From: Octopus bimaculoides
Taxonomy: Eukaryota
Assembly (NCBI RefSeq): GCF_001194135.2
Contig: NC_068992.1
Span: 51,830,734 to 51,886,160, forward strand
Direction of reading: 5' to 3'
DNA length: 55,427 bases
In this document: piece by piece, positions 25,192 to 39,001 of the stretch
How the letters are laid out: the number at the start of each line of letters is the position of its first letter
Position numbering within the stretch: the first letter of the stretch is position 1
The notes under the pieces: generated by a model
What the model saw: only the letters and a program-made list of their open reading frames with translations
Told to the model about the DNA's origin: nothing
Databases searched by the model: none
Made by a program: the position numbers and the translations under genes

Positions 25192-25281
25192 CATTATTAC
25201 TATTATTATTATTATTATTATCATTATTATTATTATTGTCATTATTACTATTATTATTATTATTACTATTATTATTATTAT

Positions 25282-25313
<32 letters not shown>

Positions 25314-25385
25314 GTAGCAGCAGCAGCGGTGGCGGTGGTGAGGGCAGCAATGAGTAGTAGTAGTAGTAGTAGTAGTAGCAATTGC
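25005..25385. repeat. Compound (ATC)/(GTT)/(ATT)/(AGT)/(AGC) array
   Basis: Direct reading. Confidence 0.92.
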
Positions 25386-25792
25386 CAAAATATGTATTAT
25401 TGTGTGCCAGGGTGTTGATGGTTTCTAGCAGACAATGCAAATTGAAAGAAATATATCAAAATAAAGTAAACAACATTGCATTTTTGAAAATTTCCAGGTG
25501 AATACAATGAACAAGAAAAACTTGATTGTTTGTAATTTGTTAGATTTTAATTAATGTTCAGTTGCATTTATTTAATATATTTGATAACATAGTTTTGAAC
25601 AGTAGACAAACAGACAGACATAGTGTAGTTATTCATCACAATACTGCCAATAATCTATAAGTGATAAGCTGAACTGAATGCAGCTTAGTTTGTCATTAAC
25701 CTCTGTTTAAATGTATCGTTCACGTATTTGCAATTACTGCCACCCATAGATATTTACTCATATTTGCAAGTATATCTTTCCATAGATATGTA

Positions 25793-25985
25793 TTGGGTCA
25801 TCCCATAAATAATGCAGTTTTTCTATCTTTTATTTTTCGAAATTAAGATAAACAAAGTTATTTTTTAATCTAAAATATACTCTCCTTCATTTTCTACAAT
25901 GCCCTTCCATTTATCTGGTAGACTTGCAAGACTTCTCTTCCAAAATTCACTTGTCTGTGACGGAAAATACCCATCCAGTTCTAAA
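25793..25985 (-). mobile_element. Second mariner remnant (different subfamily): 3' TIR plus last transposase codons
   Basis: Not in the ORF track. Minus strand reads YFPSQTSEFWKRSLASLPDKWKGIVENEGEYILD* (stop 25865-25867), a typical mariner C-terminus. The end is TA|TTGGGTCATCCCATAAATAATGC at 25791-25815. Confidence 0.85.
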
Positions 25986-27092
25986 TTTTATTTTGGAACT
26001 TATGGGAACAACTGTCTTTGAAGACTCATATTGTCATTAAATGCTCGAAATGAGGAGTAGATAGACAACAAACAACTGATGAAGGGCCATTTTCTGTGTT
26101 TACTTGTCCTGTTTCCCATTTTTCCTCTCATTGTTTGTGTATTTAACTTGTTTGTTTTCGTATTTCATGTTGTTTACACAGTTTGTGACATCCTGAGGGA
26201 GGAAGAGAGAGAGAGAGAGAGATGTAAATGTATGTTTGTGTGTGTGCGTGTGTATGTATTTATACATATGCATATGTATAGAATTTTTCTGTTACTTTTA
26301 ATTAGCAGATGTTCACCAAAGAGAATCAAATGACCAGAGTCTTGTGTACTGCCATATGAAAACGTACTTATACGTATACCCATACTCGATCTTCCCTGGA
26401 AGTTGCTAAGTTGACATGTGTGTTATATGTGTGTATGTGTGTGTGTATGTGTGTGTGAATGTGTGTGTGTATGTGTTAGTGTGTGCGTGCACGCTCGTGT
26501 GTACATACAAATCTGTGTGACTTCATATTTCACTCATATTTGACTCATTACTATGTGAGGAAATCATTGTTTACATTCCTTATAACATTGCAACAGGTTG
26601 CTCTGCAATTTTGAAAACTTGTGAAATAAAGCAAATTCCCATCTTGAAAATGTGGTAATGTTTGCTGACAGTAAAGTATCTCTCCAAAGTCATACATACT
26701 GGTAGGGAAGACTGAACATTAATTGACATACATATGTGTGTGATATACAATGAAGGAAACAGATCAGAATTACTTCATCTGGCTGGCATAATGACAGCAC
26801 AGATATTTGATGAAACATGAGTATTAAACATGCACTTATATGATGATAACTGTTACCTGGGAGATATTTCTTATTGCATGATAGCAAGCGAATAATGAAA
26901 TTTATAAATTATCTTTAACCCTTTAGTATTCTGTCAAATGTAATGCTTATTTATTCAAATTGTTTTGAATTAATCATGTATCATCTCCTTGGCTTTGAGA
27001 TTTAGATGATATGATTGTTTAGTTTCAGAATGACATTGTAGTTAAATGTGAGATGTTGGATTTGACTAGTTTAACAAAAAAGTTTAGTATAT

Positions 27093-28465
27093 AGGTGCAG
27101 GCATAGCTGTGTCAGTAAGAAGCTTGCTTCCCAACCACATGGTTCCAGATTCAGTCCCACTGTGTGACACCTTCGGCAAGTGTCTTCTACTAAAGCCCCA
27201 GACCAACCAAAGCTTTGTGAGTGGATTTGGTAGATGGAAACTGAAAGAAGCCTCTCACATATATGTATATATATATATATATATATNNNNNNNNNNNNNN
27301 NNNNNNNNNNNNNNNNNNNNNNNNNNNNNNNNNNNNNNNNNNNNNNNNNNNNNNNNNNNNNNNNNNNNNNNNNNNNNNNNNNNNNNNNNNNNNNNNNNNN
27401 NNNNNNNNNNNNNNNNNNNNNNNNNNNNNNNNNNNNNNNTATATATACAGTGAGAATTTACAAAAAACAAAAGACAAAGACAGGTGTGTAGGCAACAAAC
27501 AGATGTGCTAGTTTAACGCTTAGGAAGTGAAAAATTCTTTTACGTTTTGAGCCTACGCTCTTCAACAGAAAGGAGTACAGAAATATATATAAATCTCAGT
27601 ATGTGTGTGTAAAATGACTAGCGCATACATTTCCACAGTTGTCAACCGATTTTCAACAAACTTTACACAAACATTACTTATGTCCCAAGGATGGTCATGC
27701 TCTTTAACATTTTGCCCAGAGCTCCCGTGTAAATGGACGTAAACGGACATAGTCTTTTTCGTATGTAGGGTCTTCCATACATTTCATAAAAGTGAAAGGA
27801 TTTTATCTATTTATTTATTTTGACTGCCTACCTGCAATGGTAGCACAACACGTGTTATGTCTCTGGTAATTTTCTCCGAGTGCTTTTCTAGTTCAATTAT
27901 TTGGTGAAAAAAATACTACCAAAGCAACTTAAACCATCCAAAGGATGAGTGTGTTTGCTAGTGTATATATAAATACAGGGTAAAAATCATTAAATAAATA
28001 ATTTGTACCAGTGGTTTGCATGGGTATAGAGTTAACCGAGATTTTTATTCATTCAAGAGTCCTGCTTGCTTACAAGCAACGTGCAATAAGTAAGAATGCT
28101 TTTTCGTGGTTTGGGTTTTGACTGCCCTCTCTAGCATGTAAGGAGTCCACATTGTAGTCTCTGCGTATAAATTCTTATACGCTATTATATACACTGTACC
28201 CCTTTTACTTTTTTCTTTATTCATATATATATATGTGTGTATGTCTTTGTGCCAGTATTTTTCACTCCCACCATCGCTTGATAACTGATGCTGGTGTGTG
28301 TACATCCCAATAACTTAGTGGTTTGGCAAAAGAGACCAAAAGAACAAGTACTAGGCCTACAAAGAATAAGTTCTGGGGTCAATTTCTTCAACTAAAACCC
28401 TTTGAGGCAGTGCTCCAGCATGGCCACAGTCAAATGACTGAAACTAATAAAAGAATGAAAGAATA
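27093..28465 (+). mobile_element. Family A SINE whose hinge is expanded to about 1 kb (gap plus foreign inserts)
   Basis: Head 27093-27260 and matching tail 28235-28465 in the same orientation. Confidence 0.7.
27575..27770 (+). mobile_element. Possible non-autonomous Helitron/Helentron-like 5' fragment
   Basis: ATATATAAATCTCAGTATGTGTGTGT...CAACCGATTTTCAACAAACTTT resembles the 5' part of such elements as I recall them. No 3' hairpin-CTAG found. Confidence 0.35.
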
Positions 28466-30959
28466 AAAGAGGCAAAATATTTTGGTCAGATATGGCTGGT
28501 TTAAATGCAAAGGAATTCATTCTTGAACTGTTGTTGCTTTGCAATTTTAGTAATTACTTTTATTGTTTCTTTCTTACAGATTTCAGTCATTGGACAGCTA
28601 TCATTGGTGGAACACTGCCATGACAGGTTTGGTTGATTACATCAATCTCAGTAGTGATTATGTTCATCTCTATGAGGAAAACCACTAAGCCAGAGGATAT
28701 AGCATAGACTAGATTAGTTTTTATGCTGGTCTAAACAAGGAAACATACTCAGGCATGTACACATGTCTGAACATACATATTATGAGCTTCCATACAGTTT
28801 TCTTCTATCACAGGATATTGAGACCATAGCAGAAGACATGCTAGAAATAACAGTTTAATCCCTCTGAAATCAAACCCTTTCACCGTAAAAAAAGGATATA
28901 TTTGACAAGGTGGAGCAAGTACACTATGTATATATCTGGTCTGAAAAAGTAGAGGACTGCCCAGGCAATATATAATGTGTTTAAACCATCAATAGGAAAA
29001 CATTAGAGTTTCTTATTTTCTTTAGCCATTTTACATGTTTGTTTACTCAAGTAATTATGATTACGTAGTTATTTTATGAGAACAATTACAACAAAAATTT
29101 ATTTTGTTTTCACATTGCTTGACAACTTTACATATGAGTATGAAGGAGTGGTGTTGTGAGTTACGGTTAGATACCATTTTCAGTATTTAAACTGTACTGT
29201 TGAACATAGTTTTATGTCTTTTCCAATCACAGGATGTGATTGGGTCATATAAAAGTTTGAACTTCTGACAATACATAATCAGTAGCCCAATTCATTATCA
29301 TTCGTTCATTGCAGTTTTTAAATAATAGCATTATGAACAGTAACTATCTACTGGTTAATAATAACACTGTGTTGTGATGTTTGATATGTTCTCTATGTTA
29401 GACTTGATTAAAATTTATCTATGTTTTCACAATTGTTCTATCAGGATATAAGAAAACTATTAAATGTGTATATGTGAGATATTTTTAGCTTGCTTCTGAT
29501 ATCCAAACAATATAACCATGTACGCCAATTGTGTTAACACCATGCGTAATTTCTTTGCTTTGTTTTTGTGCTTTTCTTTCTTCGTTTTATTATTATTATT
29601 ATTTTTTTTGTTTCTGAAATCAATTCATCAAGATTTTATCAAAGAATCATTTGTATTTTACTAGAGTCGAGTGTGATTAGTAATTATCTCTTACTGGCTG
29701 TGATAGAACAATGAATAAATGGAAACCAGAACACATAGATCATCAAAAATTGATTTTCTACTGTAGCTATTAGATATAGCTATAAATTGAGAATAAAATA
29801 AAAGTAATGTTTAAAAATCAAGAAACTTAGATTCTAATTTCAAACCACAGCAACAAGTCAATCCAAATGGTTTAAATTATTTTCTTTTAGTTTAGAAGCA
29901 ATAATTTTGCTATTTATTTATTTATGTATTTTTTGTATCAGCAGATAATTAAGAATTATATATTACTATTTTATATTATATTTCTTCTTAATTTTATTTT
30001 CAAAAAAGATTTCAGTTAAACCAAAAACATTTTTTTTTTTAAATACAGTATTCTATTTTCAATGGATTTCTATGTAGTTTTTATTTTTATCATTTTCTTT
30101 ACAATCAATACAAAGCTTTTTTCAAAGACAGAATTATCAACATTTAAATTGAATTTTTCTATTAAACAATAATTTTTGTTGTTCAGCATGACACTTTGAA
30201 TTCATATTTTCAGGAAATAAAACCAAAGGCAGAAAAGAATATATTGATATATTTGGACAAATGCCTATGAATTTTTTTTTTTTTTCTTTTTTCAAAACTA
30301 CTCACACTTTATACTTTTGATATAAGCAATAATAATTCTCAATCTAATGAAATATTTTGCCTGTTTCATTAAAGTATACATTGATAGAAAAGACCTTCCC
30401 AAAGACATGAGAGAATATTCTTATATAAAATGAAAAGACTTAACCATAATATAAATAAGTTTTTGATTTAAATTAGTAGAAATACTAGCAATAAAAATGG
30501 TTAAAATGAACACAACACAAGGATATGAAAACAAACGAAGATCCTATTGTGTATAGAAATTACATAGTTTCCCATAAAAACTAATTATTTTATTACAGAC
30601 ACTTCTTCAAAGTCTAGTAAGAAATCAATCATAGTTTGTTTTTTTTTCCTCTCCCCCGCCCCCCACCAAATTGAAAGACAATACAGATTTTCGTGAGTTC
30701 CTGTCTCTGATGAGTTATTACTAACATAATTCACTGTGTAATTTCTCCTTGGTTTACTTCAATGTATAAACTGTACTGTATCTATTTTCTGGTGATATAA
30801 CCTATGACCTTAAGTAAAATTTCTCATGTTCCTTTTGTTTATTTGGAGAACTCATCTTCAGAAACATCATACACACATACATGCAAACAGACAGACAGAC
30901 AGACATACATGCAAACATGCATACATACATACATACACACACAAAGACATATATAAATT

Positions 30960-31240
30960 CTTTTATTCTTTTATTTGTTTCAGTCATTTGACTGTGGCCA
31001 TGCTGGAGCACCACCTCTAGTTGAGCAAATCGAACCCAGGACTTATTCTTTGTAAGCCCAGTACTTATTTTATCGGTCTCTTTTGCCAAACTGCTAAGTT
31101 ATGGCGATATAAACACACCAGCACCGGTTGTCAAGCGATAGTGGGAGGACAGACACAAACACACACATATATATATACGACGGGCATCTTTCAGTTTCCT
31201 ATTTCTTTATTGCCCACAAGGAGCTAAACATAGAGGGGCT
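30960..31240 (-). mobile_element. Family A tail and hinge, head truncated by another repeat end (ATTTCTTTATTGCCCACA)
   Basis: Colinear with the 34045 copy up to CTTTCAGTTTCC. The abutting motif recurs reversed at about 36095-36112. Confidence 0.75.
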
Positions 31241-33354
31241 TTGTTTGTTAAATACTTTACATTCATATTTTTTAATGTTAACCTAGTTAAATGAATTATA
31301 CAAATGGATACAGTTGAGGTCTTGTATTACTGTGTAATGCCCTTTCTCTCACCAACCTTTACCTATTTTACAAGTAAAGATATTTTATCTCACTTCTCTT
31401 GAAAATACAAAGCAACTGGATAATTTGATGAAAGACAAATGTCAATACACAATGCTGTCCATAGTTTAGTGCAGATTGTAACCAGTCACATTTACAGACA
31501 TACAAAGACACACACACTTCCATACATGCATATATATTCACCCACTGGGCATTGGTTACTCAGGACTATAGCAGAAGACACTTGCTGAAGAACCTACACA
31601 ATGGAACTGAGTATGAAATCCTTTAATTGCAAGAATGGACTTCTTGACCATGCTATTATACTTGATGTCCTTTTATATAAATCATTATTCGGCAATGATA
31701 TTCTGTAATGATCTAATGAATAATCCACAAATGAGAAGGAAAACAGAAAACTAGTAAAAGACCAGAAAATAAGAAGGAAAGAAACGAACAGGGTATATAT
31801 AGAAGTGCGAGAAAATAGCAGAGAGTTCTTGTGAAGAGAAAGCAGAATTGTGCTTAATGGTTCAGTCTCTAGCTTTCTTTTTCTCCATCTCTCTTTCTCA
31901 CACACATACACATCACATCATATTTTTCAAAACAAATCCTAAACTGGAACAGTTTTAAAATATAATCACAGCTTCTATTTTTGTTTGTTTCATATCTAGG
32001 TGTCATTTGTAATTGTGTTAGGTTTGATAAATAATCAATATTTATCTATATTTTTACACGTCCTGCTAAAAGAGAAACTTAAGCTATACTACTTATACCA
32101 ACGAATTTGCTACTGAACAGCTTAAACTATAGAAGCATGTCAATATATTTACAGAACTGCTAAAATCTATGCTTATATCAAATAAGTTTGCAGTACTATT
32201 TAAACTGTGCTCTTGTCAATAAGCTATAATGTAGAAGTTCATTGCTGCTGGCTTGGATATTTATAATGATAATGATGAAGTAGCTTTTAAATATTAAGCT
32301 TCTGTAAATTTTATTCTAACATGTCAGAATAGAATGATGGGATTCAAATACTTCAACAGTACTGTTGCTGTACAGTTAGTTCTTTCTCTCACTCGCTCAT
32401 CCTCTCTTTATTGCGCTCTATCTTTATCTCTCTTTTTTCCTATCTCGCAATACACACAGGCAAATGAAGGAAAGTTACAGTGGATGAAAAAAATTGGTAT
32501 TAAATTAAAAATATGTTGCAAGCAGTAATCGCTCAAGTCAGAGATAAATCAATTTAGAGAAAATAACTACACTGAGCCATATATTAAGACTGATATAATT
32601 TCTTTATTTATAGTTGTGTAGACTGCATGAAGCATTGTTTGATGAAGACAAGAATTATTAACTTATTTTAAGCCATAGCAGTGCAAGTTATAAGAAATAA
32701 TACAAGTTGATTGTTGTACTTTTATATTCTATTTCAATGCTTTGGGGTTGATTTAGAACATCATTTCTGCAAAGGTTTTTTTTGAAGAAGAGATCATAAT
32801 TCCAACATATTGGAATATGAAGTAAAAGTACAAACCTCTTGCATTATTTCTTATAACGCTCATTCTTTTGGCTTTAAAAGAATTAAAATGTTTTACTTTT
32901 TTGTATTTTAATCAAGAAGGAAGGTAATATTCAGGTAATTTTCAGTTCTTTTAAAATTGTTGGGAAGCAAGGAGAAAGATATCCTCAAAACTATAAACTT
33001 GAAGTGAATACCTACATAAGTGTAGACTCTGCTTAAGATGCCAAAAGTACCAGGTGGCAGTATCAAATCAGGTGTTTACACACACAAATGATGGAAAGTA
33101 ACAAAGGAAAGACTCCCCTGTGCATTAGGATGGATATAAAAATAGTGTCATCTTAAAAGACGCCTACGTAAGAAAAAATTTTGGGATGATTGCAAATTTG
33201 CACTGAGAGAACAGGTTTGACCTGGTTAAATGTAAAATATTGTTAAATTTGTAAAATGTCTAAGAAGTGGTCATACCCACGAATGCTGCTTTAAAAAATA
33301 ATAAATATTTTTCTAATTTTAGTAGAAAGTCAGTAATTCTGAACAAATGGAAAG

Positions 33355-33510
33355 TCAGTTACATCCAGTGCTCAGCTGGTACTTATTTTATCAAGCCTGA
33401 AAGAATGAAAGGCTGTGTTGACTTTGGTAGTATTTGAACTCAGAATGTAAAGGCAAGAAGAAATGCCATTAAGCATTCTGTCCAATTCACTAACAATTCT
33501 GCCAACCCAC
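33355..33510 (-). mobile_element. Family B SINE (degenerate)
   Basis: CAGCTGGTACTTATTTTATC...GAATGAAAGGC...TTTGAACTCAGAATG. Confidence 0.72.
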
Positions 33511-34044
33511 TTAGAAATAACTAGAAATAACTAGAAATAATGAAGCAAGTTCCTTCATGGCATTTATCATTTCAGAAGGGATTGATATTATAAGCCCTTA
33601 GTCATACATTTACTTCTTGTGATCTTTCTCTTTGTCTATGCACACATATACAAATGAAACAAAGTAACAATGGAAAGTCTTCCTTCAGATACATCTATAT
33701 CAAGATATATATAGATACATCTATATGAATTACATCTATATTCAAAAGAGTTAAAGACTTTTAATATCAAACAATCCAAACCACACTGGATTTATGACAA
33801 AAACCTGTTTTAAAATGATCTAAATTAAAATCCTGCCTAAAATTTCCATATTAATTTATATTCAAAAACCAGCTGATAAATGACAAAATTATTTCATTAA
33901 ATGAATCATTATTTTCAAAACTAATTATGATAACGGCAATGTATTTTAACAGAAATTCAATAATCTATTATGGGAGAATCCTGAACAATACCACATGCCT
34001 GAAGGTGGACTAACCATTTACCATAAATAAGAACTGAGTGAACT

Positions 34045-34466
34045 AGGCGTAGGAGTGGCTGTGTGGTAAGTAGCTTGCTTACCAACCACATGGTTCTAGG
34101 TTCATTCCCACTGCGTGGCACCTTGGGCAAGTGTCTTCTACTATAGCCTCGGGCCAACCAAAGCCTTGTGAGTGGATTTGGTAGACAGAAACTGAAAGAA
34201 GCCCGTCGTATATATATATATATATGTATGCATGTATGTGTGTGTATATGTTTGTGTGTCTGTGTTTGTCCCCCCCCCCAACATTGCTTGACAACCGATG
34301 GTGGTGTGTTTACGTCCCCATAACTTAGCGGTTTGGCAAAAGAGACTGATAGAATAAGTACAAGGCTTACAAAGAATAAGTCCTAGGGTTGATTTGCTCG
34401 ACTAAAGGCGGTGCTACAGCATGGCCGCAGTCAAATGACTGAAACAAGTAAAAGAGTAAAAGAGTA
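34045..34466 (+). mobile_element. Family A SINE, best-preserved full-length copy (used as reference)
   Basis: Head with A-box-like TGGCTGTGTGG and B-box-like GGTTCATTCCC, then GCACCTTGGGCAAGTG (CORE-domain-like), an (AT)/(GT) hinge, a tail and an (AAAGAGT) end repeat. Confidence 0.9.
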
Positions 34467-34484
34467 CCAGTGGGGAGTTCGAAA

Positions 34485-34670
34485 TATGTTGGTTTAGCAG
34501 TTGATAGTTGAACAACGAATACTGAGTATCGTACTTACATTTGAGTAGTATGGAGTGCGTTCTGCATTAGCATATATTTCTGTGATAGGTTATTTTTAGA
34601 CAGCCACAACAAACTATTTATGTGTAATACCATTTTACACCAGACGTGCATACCCACATCATAACAACCA
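34485..34670 (+). repeat. Family F repeat, copy 3
   Basis: GTAGTATGGAGTGCGTTCTG...GGTTATTTTTAGACAGCCAC...TTTTACACCAGAC. Confidence 0.7.
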
Positions 34671-35438
34671 AATGTTTGACTGATATATAAATAACATCGT
34701 CATTATAAATAACACCTATACCAGAAATGATTCATTCCAAAAAAGTTTTTTTTAAATTTGTGAAGAAACAAACGAAATGTTTTGAACTGGTTAAATTTAA
34801 AATCTTGTTAAATTTGTTAGATCTTGAATATAGCTGAACAGGTTGGTTTCAAAAATATTGACTAAAGTAATTAAAAGTAATGAAAAAATTTACATGACAA
34901 AATAATATCAACTGAATGTGAAATCAAGTCTGATTGAAAGCAGAAAATATCATTGTTGAACAAGCATATTTTTCACTAGAGCAGTTTTTTGACATTTTGT
35001 GTCCACTCAGTTAAGTAATTAGAATAGTAAGATGTGAAAGTGTCTACTTGGAACTGATACAACATTCATTAATAAAGTAGTTGAATTGGAGTATTTCTGG
35101 TCATAATTTGATTCAGCATTAGTTAGCATTTTGCTGTTTTATTCAACGTTCAACTTCTTGATTAATAAAATACATGTATAAAAGTTCTGAAACACCATTG
35201 AAACTCCATTGATAATATGTCAAGATTAGATCTTGGCAAGCAATAACTTCATCATTGTCAGTTATAATACATTAGGTTAAATTAAATAATCAACAACAAA
35301 ACTGAAAACACACACATACACACACACACACACATGAATAATCCAATGAAAACAGCAACCCAGTGCAAATGCAACCAACATACCTGATATTGTTCTGTAT
35401 GCAATACATACCTATATACATACATATATAGAAACTTT

Positions 35439-35870
35439 ATGTACAAACGGCACACAAGTTGCTTCATCCAATTCCTCCAGGACCATTATGAGTCAAACAA
35501 CATTGTGACTGATGAAGAGGCTGGTGGAAAAAAGGGAGCGAGAGAATGTGCCAAACAGCTTTTAATAAACAAAACTGTAGTGTCTGAAGTAAGAAAACAA
35601 CGTGGAAACCTTGTGACAGGATGGCCTGACTATAAGAAGTCATTTGACTTTATCCTTCATTCATAGCTGTTGACGTGCCTACACAAGGTAAAGGTACCTA
35701 CAACCTTAATCACTGCTTTAGAGAGACTTAGAAAGACATGGACAGCTATTCTTGTCCTTACAACTGGGAACAGAATAATTGTTTCTGATAGTATAGGCAT
35801 TACAAAGGGAATATTTCAGCAGGATAGTCTTTCTGTACCTCTTTTCATCCAATCTGTGAGTGGAATAGTA
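35439..35870 (+). mobile_element. R4/Dong-type non-LTR retrotransposon RT pseudogene fragment (domains 2-4)
   Basis: ORFs 35439-35666 and 35670-35933 are in one frame, split by a stop. Motifs KQLLINK, W-x-DYKKSFD and KGIFQQDSLS correspond to QLLIDK, WIDYKKAFD and RGIFQGDSLSP of RLE-type R4-like RTs. Confidence 0.88.
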
Positions 35871-37967
35871 AAAAATATACAAGAATTTTCTCAAGTTCCA
35901 AATGTGAATTTGTCTGCGTTAACTGCATCCTAAAGATGAGGCTTTGTATCTTTGTTGGAAACCGACTCCCTCCTCAGTGGAAGATTTTGGATAATAAAAT
36001 AATAGAAGAGACATGCATTCCTTCCTTTCATGCATACATACAAACATACATACATAGATACATATATTCATACATACATACATAAACAGTCTGTGTGGGC
36101 AATAAAGAAATAAGAAACAAGAAAAGAATAGAAGCCAGCTAAATGTTATTATGTATGTGTGTTCATGTGTGTGTGTGTCTCCGTGTGTGTGTATGCATGC
36201 AAGTGTATTTTCTTAATATCACTCTTTGTTTTCATACCATCTCCTTGTATTGTAAGAAATATCCATGTAATGTCGAAATATTTAAGCAGAGTGAGTAAGA
36301 AACACTTAAAGATATATTTCAAATTAAATTAATATCAAGAGCCACAGAGTGTGATATGATATTCTTACGGCCAACATTAACAATCTCACATTGAAATTAT
36401 TACATTTGTTCTTGTATTCCATTAGAATACTATCTTAGAGGTAAACTGCCTTCAGAATATTCTTTAACTCTTGCATAAAAGGACTTAACATTCCATAATC
36501 AAAATGTAAATATTTCTATAAAACGATAACAATGCTCCAAAATGAGTCAATACTCCAAAATTCTAGATTTCTTAGAAGTTTGGTTCTTTTCTAGAATGCA
36601 CTTTATAAGTTCAATACAAATGCATGTTAAAACAAACGATTAATCAAATGTTTTCATTTCTTTATTGTTAATTTATTGTTAATTTTCCTTACAGAGGTTT
36701 TTAACTTATTTTCATTAATTGAAAAATTAATTAAAATCACTTAAAAGTTTTCCTATTTAAAAGAATTAACTTTAATAAAAACAAAAAATAAAAAATAAAA
36801 AAAAAGATATCAATCAATAAAAACAAAAGTATCTGGAATTAGCCCATTCTAGAAAACTGAAAGAATAAATTAGTAAGTCAAAGTAGAAATAAAAATGGAT
36901 ACTAAAGAAAAACAAAAAATAAAAATTCTTCCTTTAAATGACAACAAAACAACAGCTACGAAGGAATGAAACAACAACTTTACAAAGCTATTCAATTGGG
37001 AAGAATGTCCTTCTTTGAAACTAAGTTGAACAAGAAAAATAAAAAAATTTAAAAAAAAGAACTATGCAGAAAGATTTTAAAAAATACCACAATTTCAATT
37101 ATATCAAATGTTCTTTTTTTTCATTTTTTAAAAATTTCATTTTAAATTACCTAATAGATTTCATTATTTAACAAAGAAAAATATCTCCCCTACATCTTCA
37201 TCACCAACAGCATCACTATCATCGTCATCATCATTGTTGTCATCATCATCGTCATCATAATCATCAACGTCATTGCCGTTGTCGCCATCATCATCATCAT
37301 CATCATTATCATCACGGCCATGATTTTGTGTCATAATTTTATTTTTTTATTTCTATTTTCATCTTTTTTTTTGTTTTTTTTGTTTCCATTTTCCTCCTCT
37401 TATTGGATATGATTGCTTGTAAATTTATTTTCCTTTTCATGTTTCAGTTATTTTTCATAATTAGCAATTTAGAATAACATCACTTATTTCTCATTATTGA
37501 ATGCTTTTCAAGGATTTCATTGTCCCATACTATTCCTGGACTCTTTTAAAAGCATTAAAAGCCAATTTTTCTATTGGAAACAAAAAAAGGCCAAAAAAAT
37601 TAAATAATAACATTTAAAATATATATATGTAAAAATGAAATAATGTCACTGAATTTTATGGGAAAATTAGAGTAAAAAATGTATCTTTGATTATGTAGCC
37701 AATTAACAATAAATATGTTCTTTTAGAGAGTCACAGAAAACATATGAAGTTGACTTTCATGTTTGTTTTGTTAGAATGAAGCTTTTATATGTAAGGCAGA
37801 TGTGTATGTAGATATATTCATATACTTGGGGTATGTACTAATCATTGTCATCATCATTGTCATTTCCATCATTATTGTCATCGTCGTCGTTGTCGCCATC
37901 AGCATCATCATCACCGTCGCCATCGTCGTCGTCATCATCATCATCATCATCATCATCACCATTATGA

Positions 37968-38150
37968 TGCTGGGAAGGGCGTCCAGCTGTCGAAATTCTG
38001 CCAGATCAGATTGGAGCCTGGTGCAGCCAGCTGGTTCGCCAGTCCTTAGTCAAATCGTTCAACCCATGCTAGCATGGAAAACGGACGTTAAACGATGATG
38101 ATGATGATCGTCGTCATCTTCATCATCATCATCATCATCATCATCATTTT
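37968..38150 (+). mobile_element. Family E SINE tail with (GAT)n/(ATC)n
   Basis: GGAAGGGCGTCCAGCTGT...CCAACCCATGC-like...GGAAAACGGACGTTAAACGATGATG. Confidence 0.88.
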
Positions 38151-38864
38151 CTCGTGCTCACATTCTCTTGCTTGCATGTTTCAGGCAGAATTCATCAAGA
38201 ATCTGATTGTCTCTTCCACATAACAAAGGAAATGATTATTCCAAGACTTAAGAATGGACAATTGGCCAACAAAAATATTTCCTAGATACTACATCAATCA
38301 CAAAACAGGAATCCTGCAATGTATAACCAAAATCTGAAGATTATCCCACATAAACTATATCCATAGACATTGTTAGAGTAGCATCTTCATCAAACAACAG
38401 CCCATTCTCTAACGTACATCTGTACATTGTAGCTATTTCTGATAGAAATAGTGGCAAAATCTCCCTTAATTGCCATCCAACTGTCTTTGGCATTTAAGTA
38501 TCTATGTATAATTGTATGGTTAGTTTTAATACCTAGGCATCACCAAATTTCACCATTTACCCGTACATACATACATACATACATACATACATACATACAT
38601 ACATACACATATGCATGCATACACACATAAACATATAAGCATACATATATACACGTATATATGTGTGTGTGTGTATGTGTTTGTGAGNNNNNNNNNNNNN
38701 NNNNNNNNNNNNNNNNNNNNNNNNNNNNNNNNNNNNNNNNNNNNNNNNNNNNNNNNNNNNNNNNNNNNNNNNNNNNNNNNNNNNNNNNNNNNNNNNNNNN
38801 NNNNNNNNNNNNNNNNNNNNNNNNNNNNNNNNNNNNNNNNNNNNNNNNNNNNNNNNNNNNNNNN

Positions 38865-38895
<31 letters not shown>

Positions 38896-38936
38896 GCATA
38901 TGTATATGTGTGTGTATATAGATATATGTATTTATG

Positions 38937-39001
<65 letters not shown>

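Larger units (their letters stand above)
26914..28525. mobile_element. Probable piggyBac-like (TTAA) MITE split by a nested SINE A and further insertions
   Basis: Left end TTAACCCTTTAGTATT at about 26915. A degenerate right end (GATATGGCTGGTTTAAATGCAAAGGAATT) lies at about 28490-28518, just beyond the SINE A tail. Assignment rests partly on recalled consensus. Confidence 0.5.

Noticed and set aside
28930-28975. Tc1/mariner-like TIR (TATATCTGGTCTGAAAAAGTAGAGGACTG)
   Set aside because: No partner TIR or coding remnant found.
33511-33540. (TAGAAATAAC) x3
   Set aside because: Trivial short tandem repeat.
38190-38500. Exon after a strong acceptor, or a Penelope-like RT scrap on the minus strand
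   Set aside because: Early stops in all frames, and the motif resemblance is too weak.
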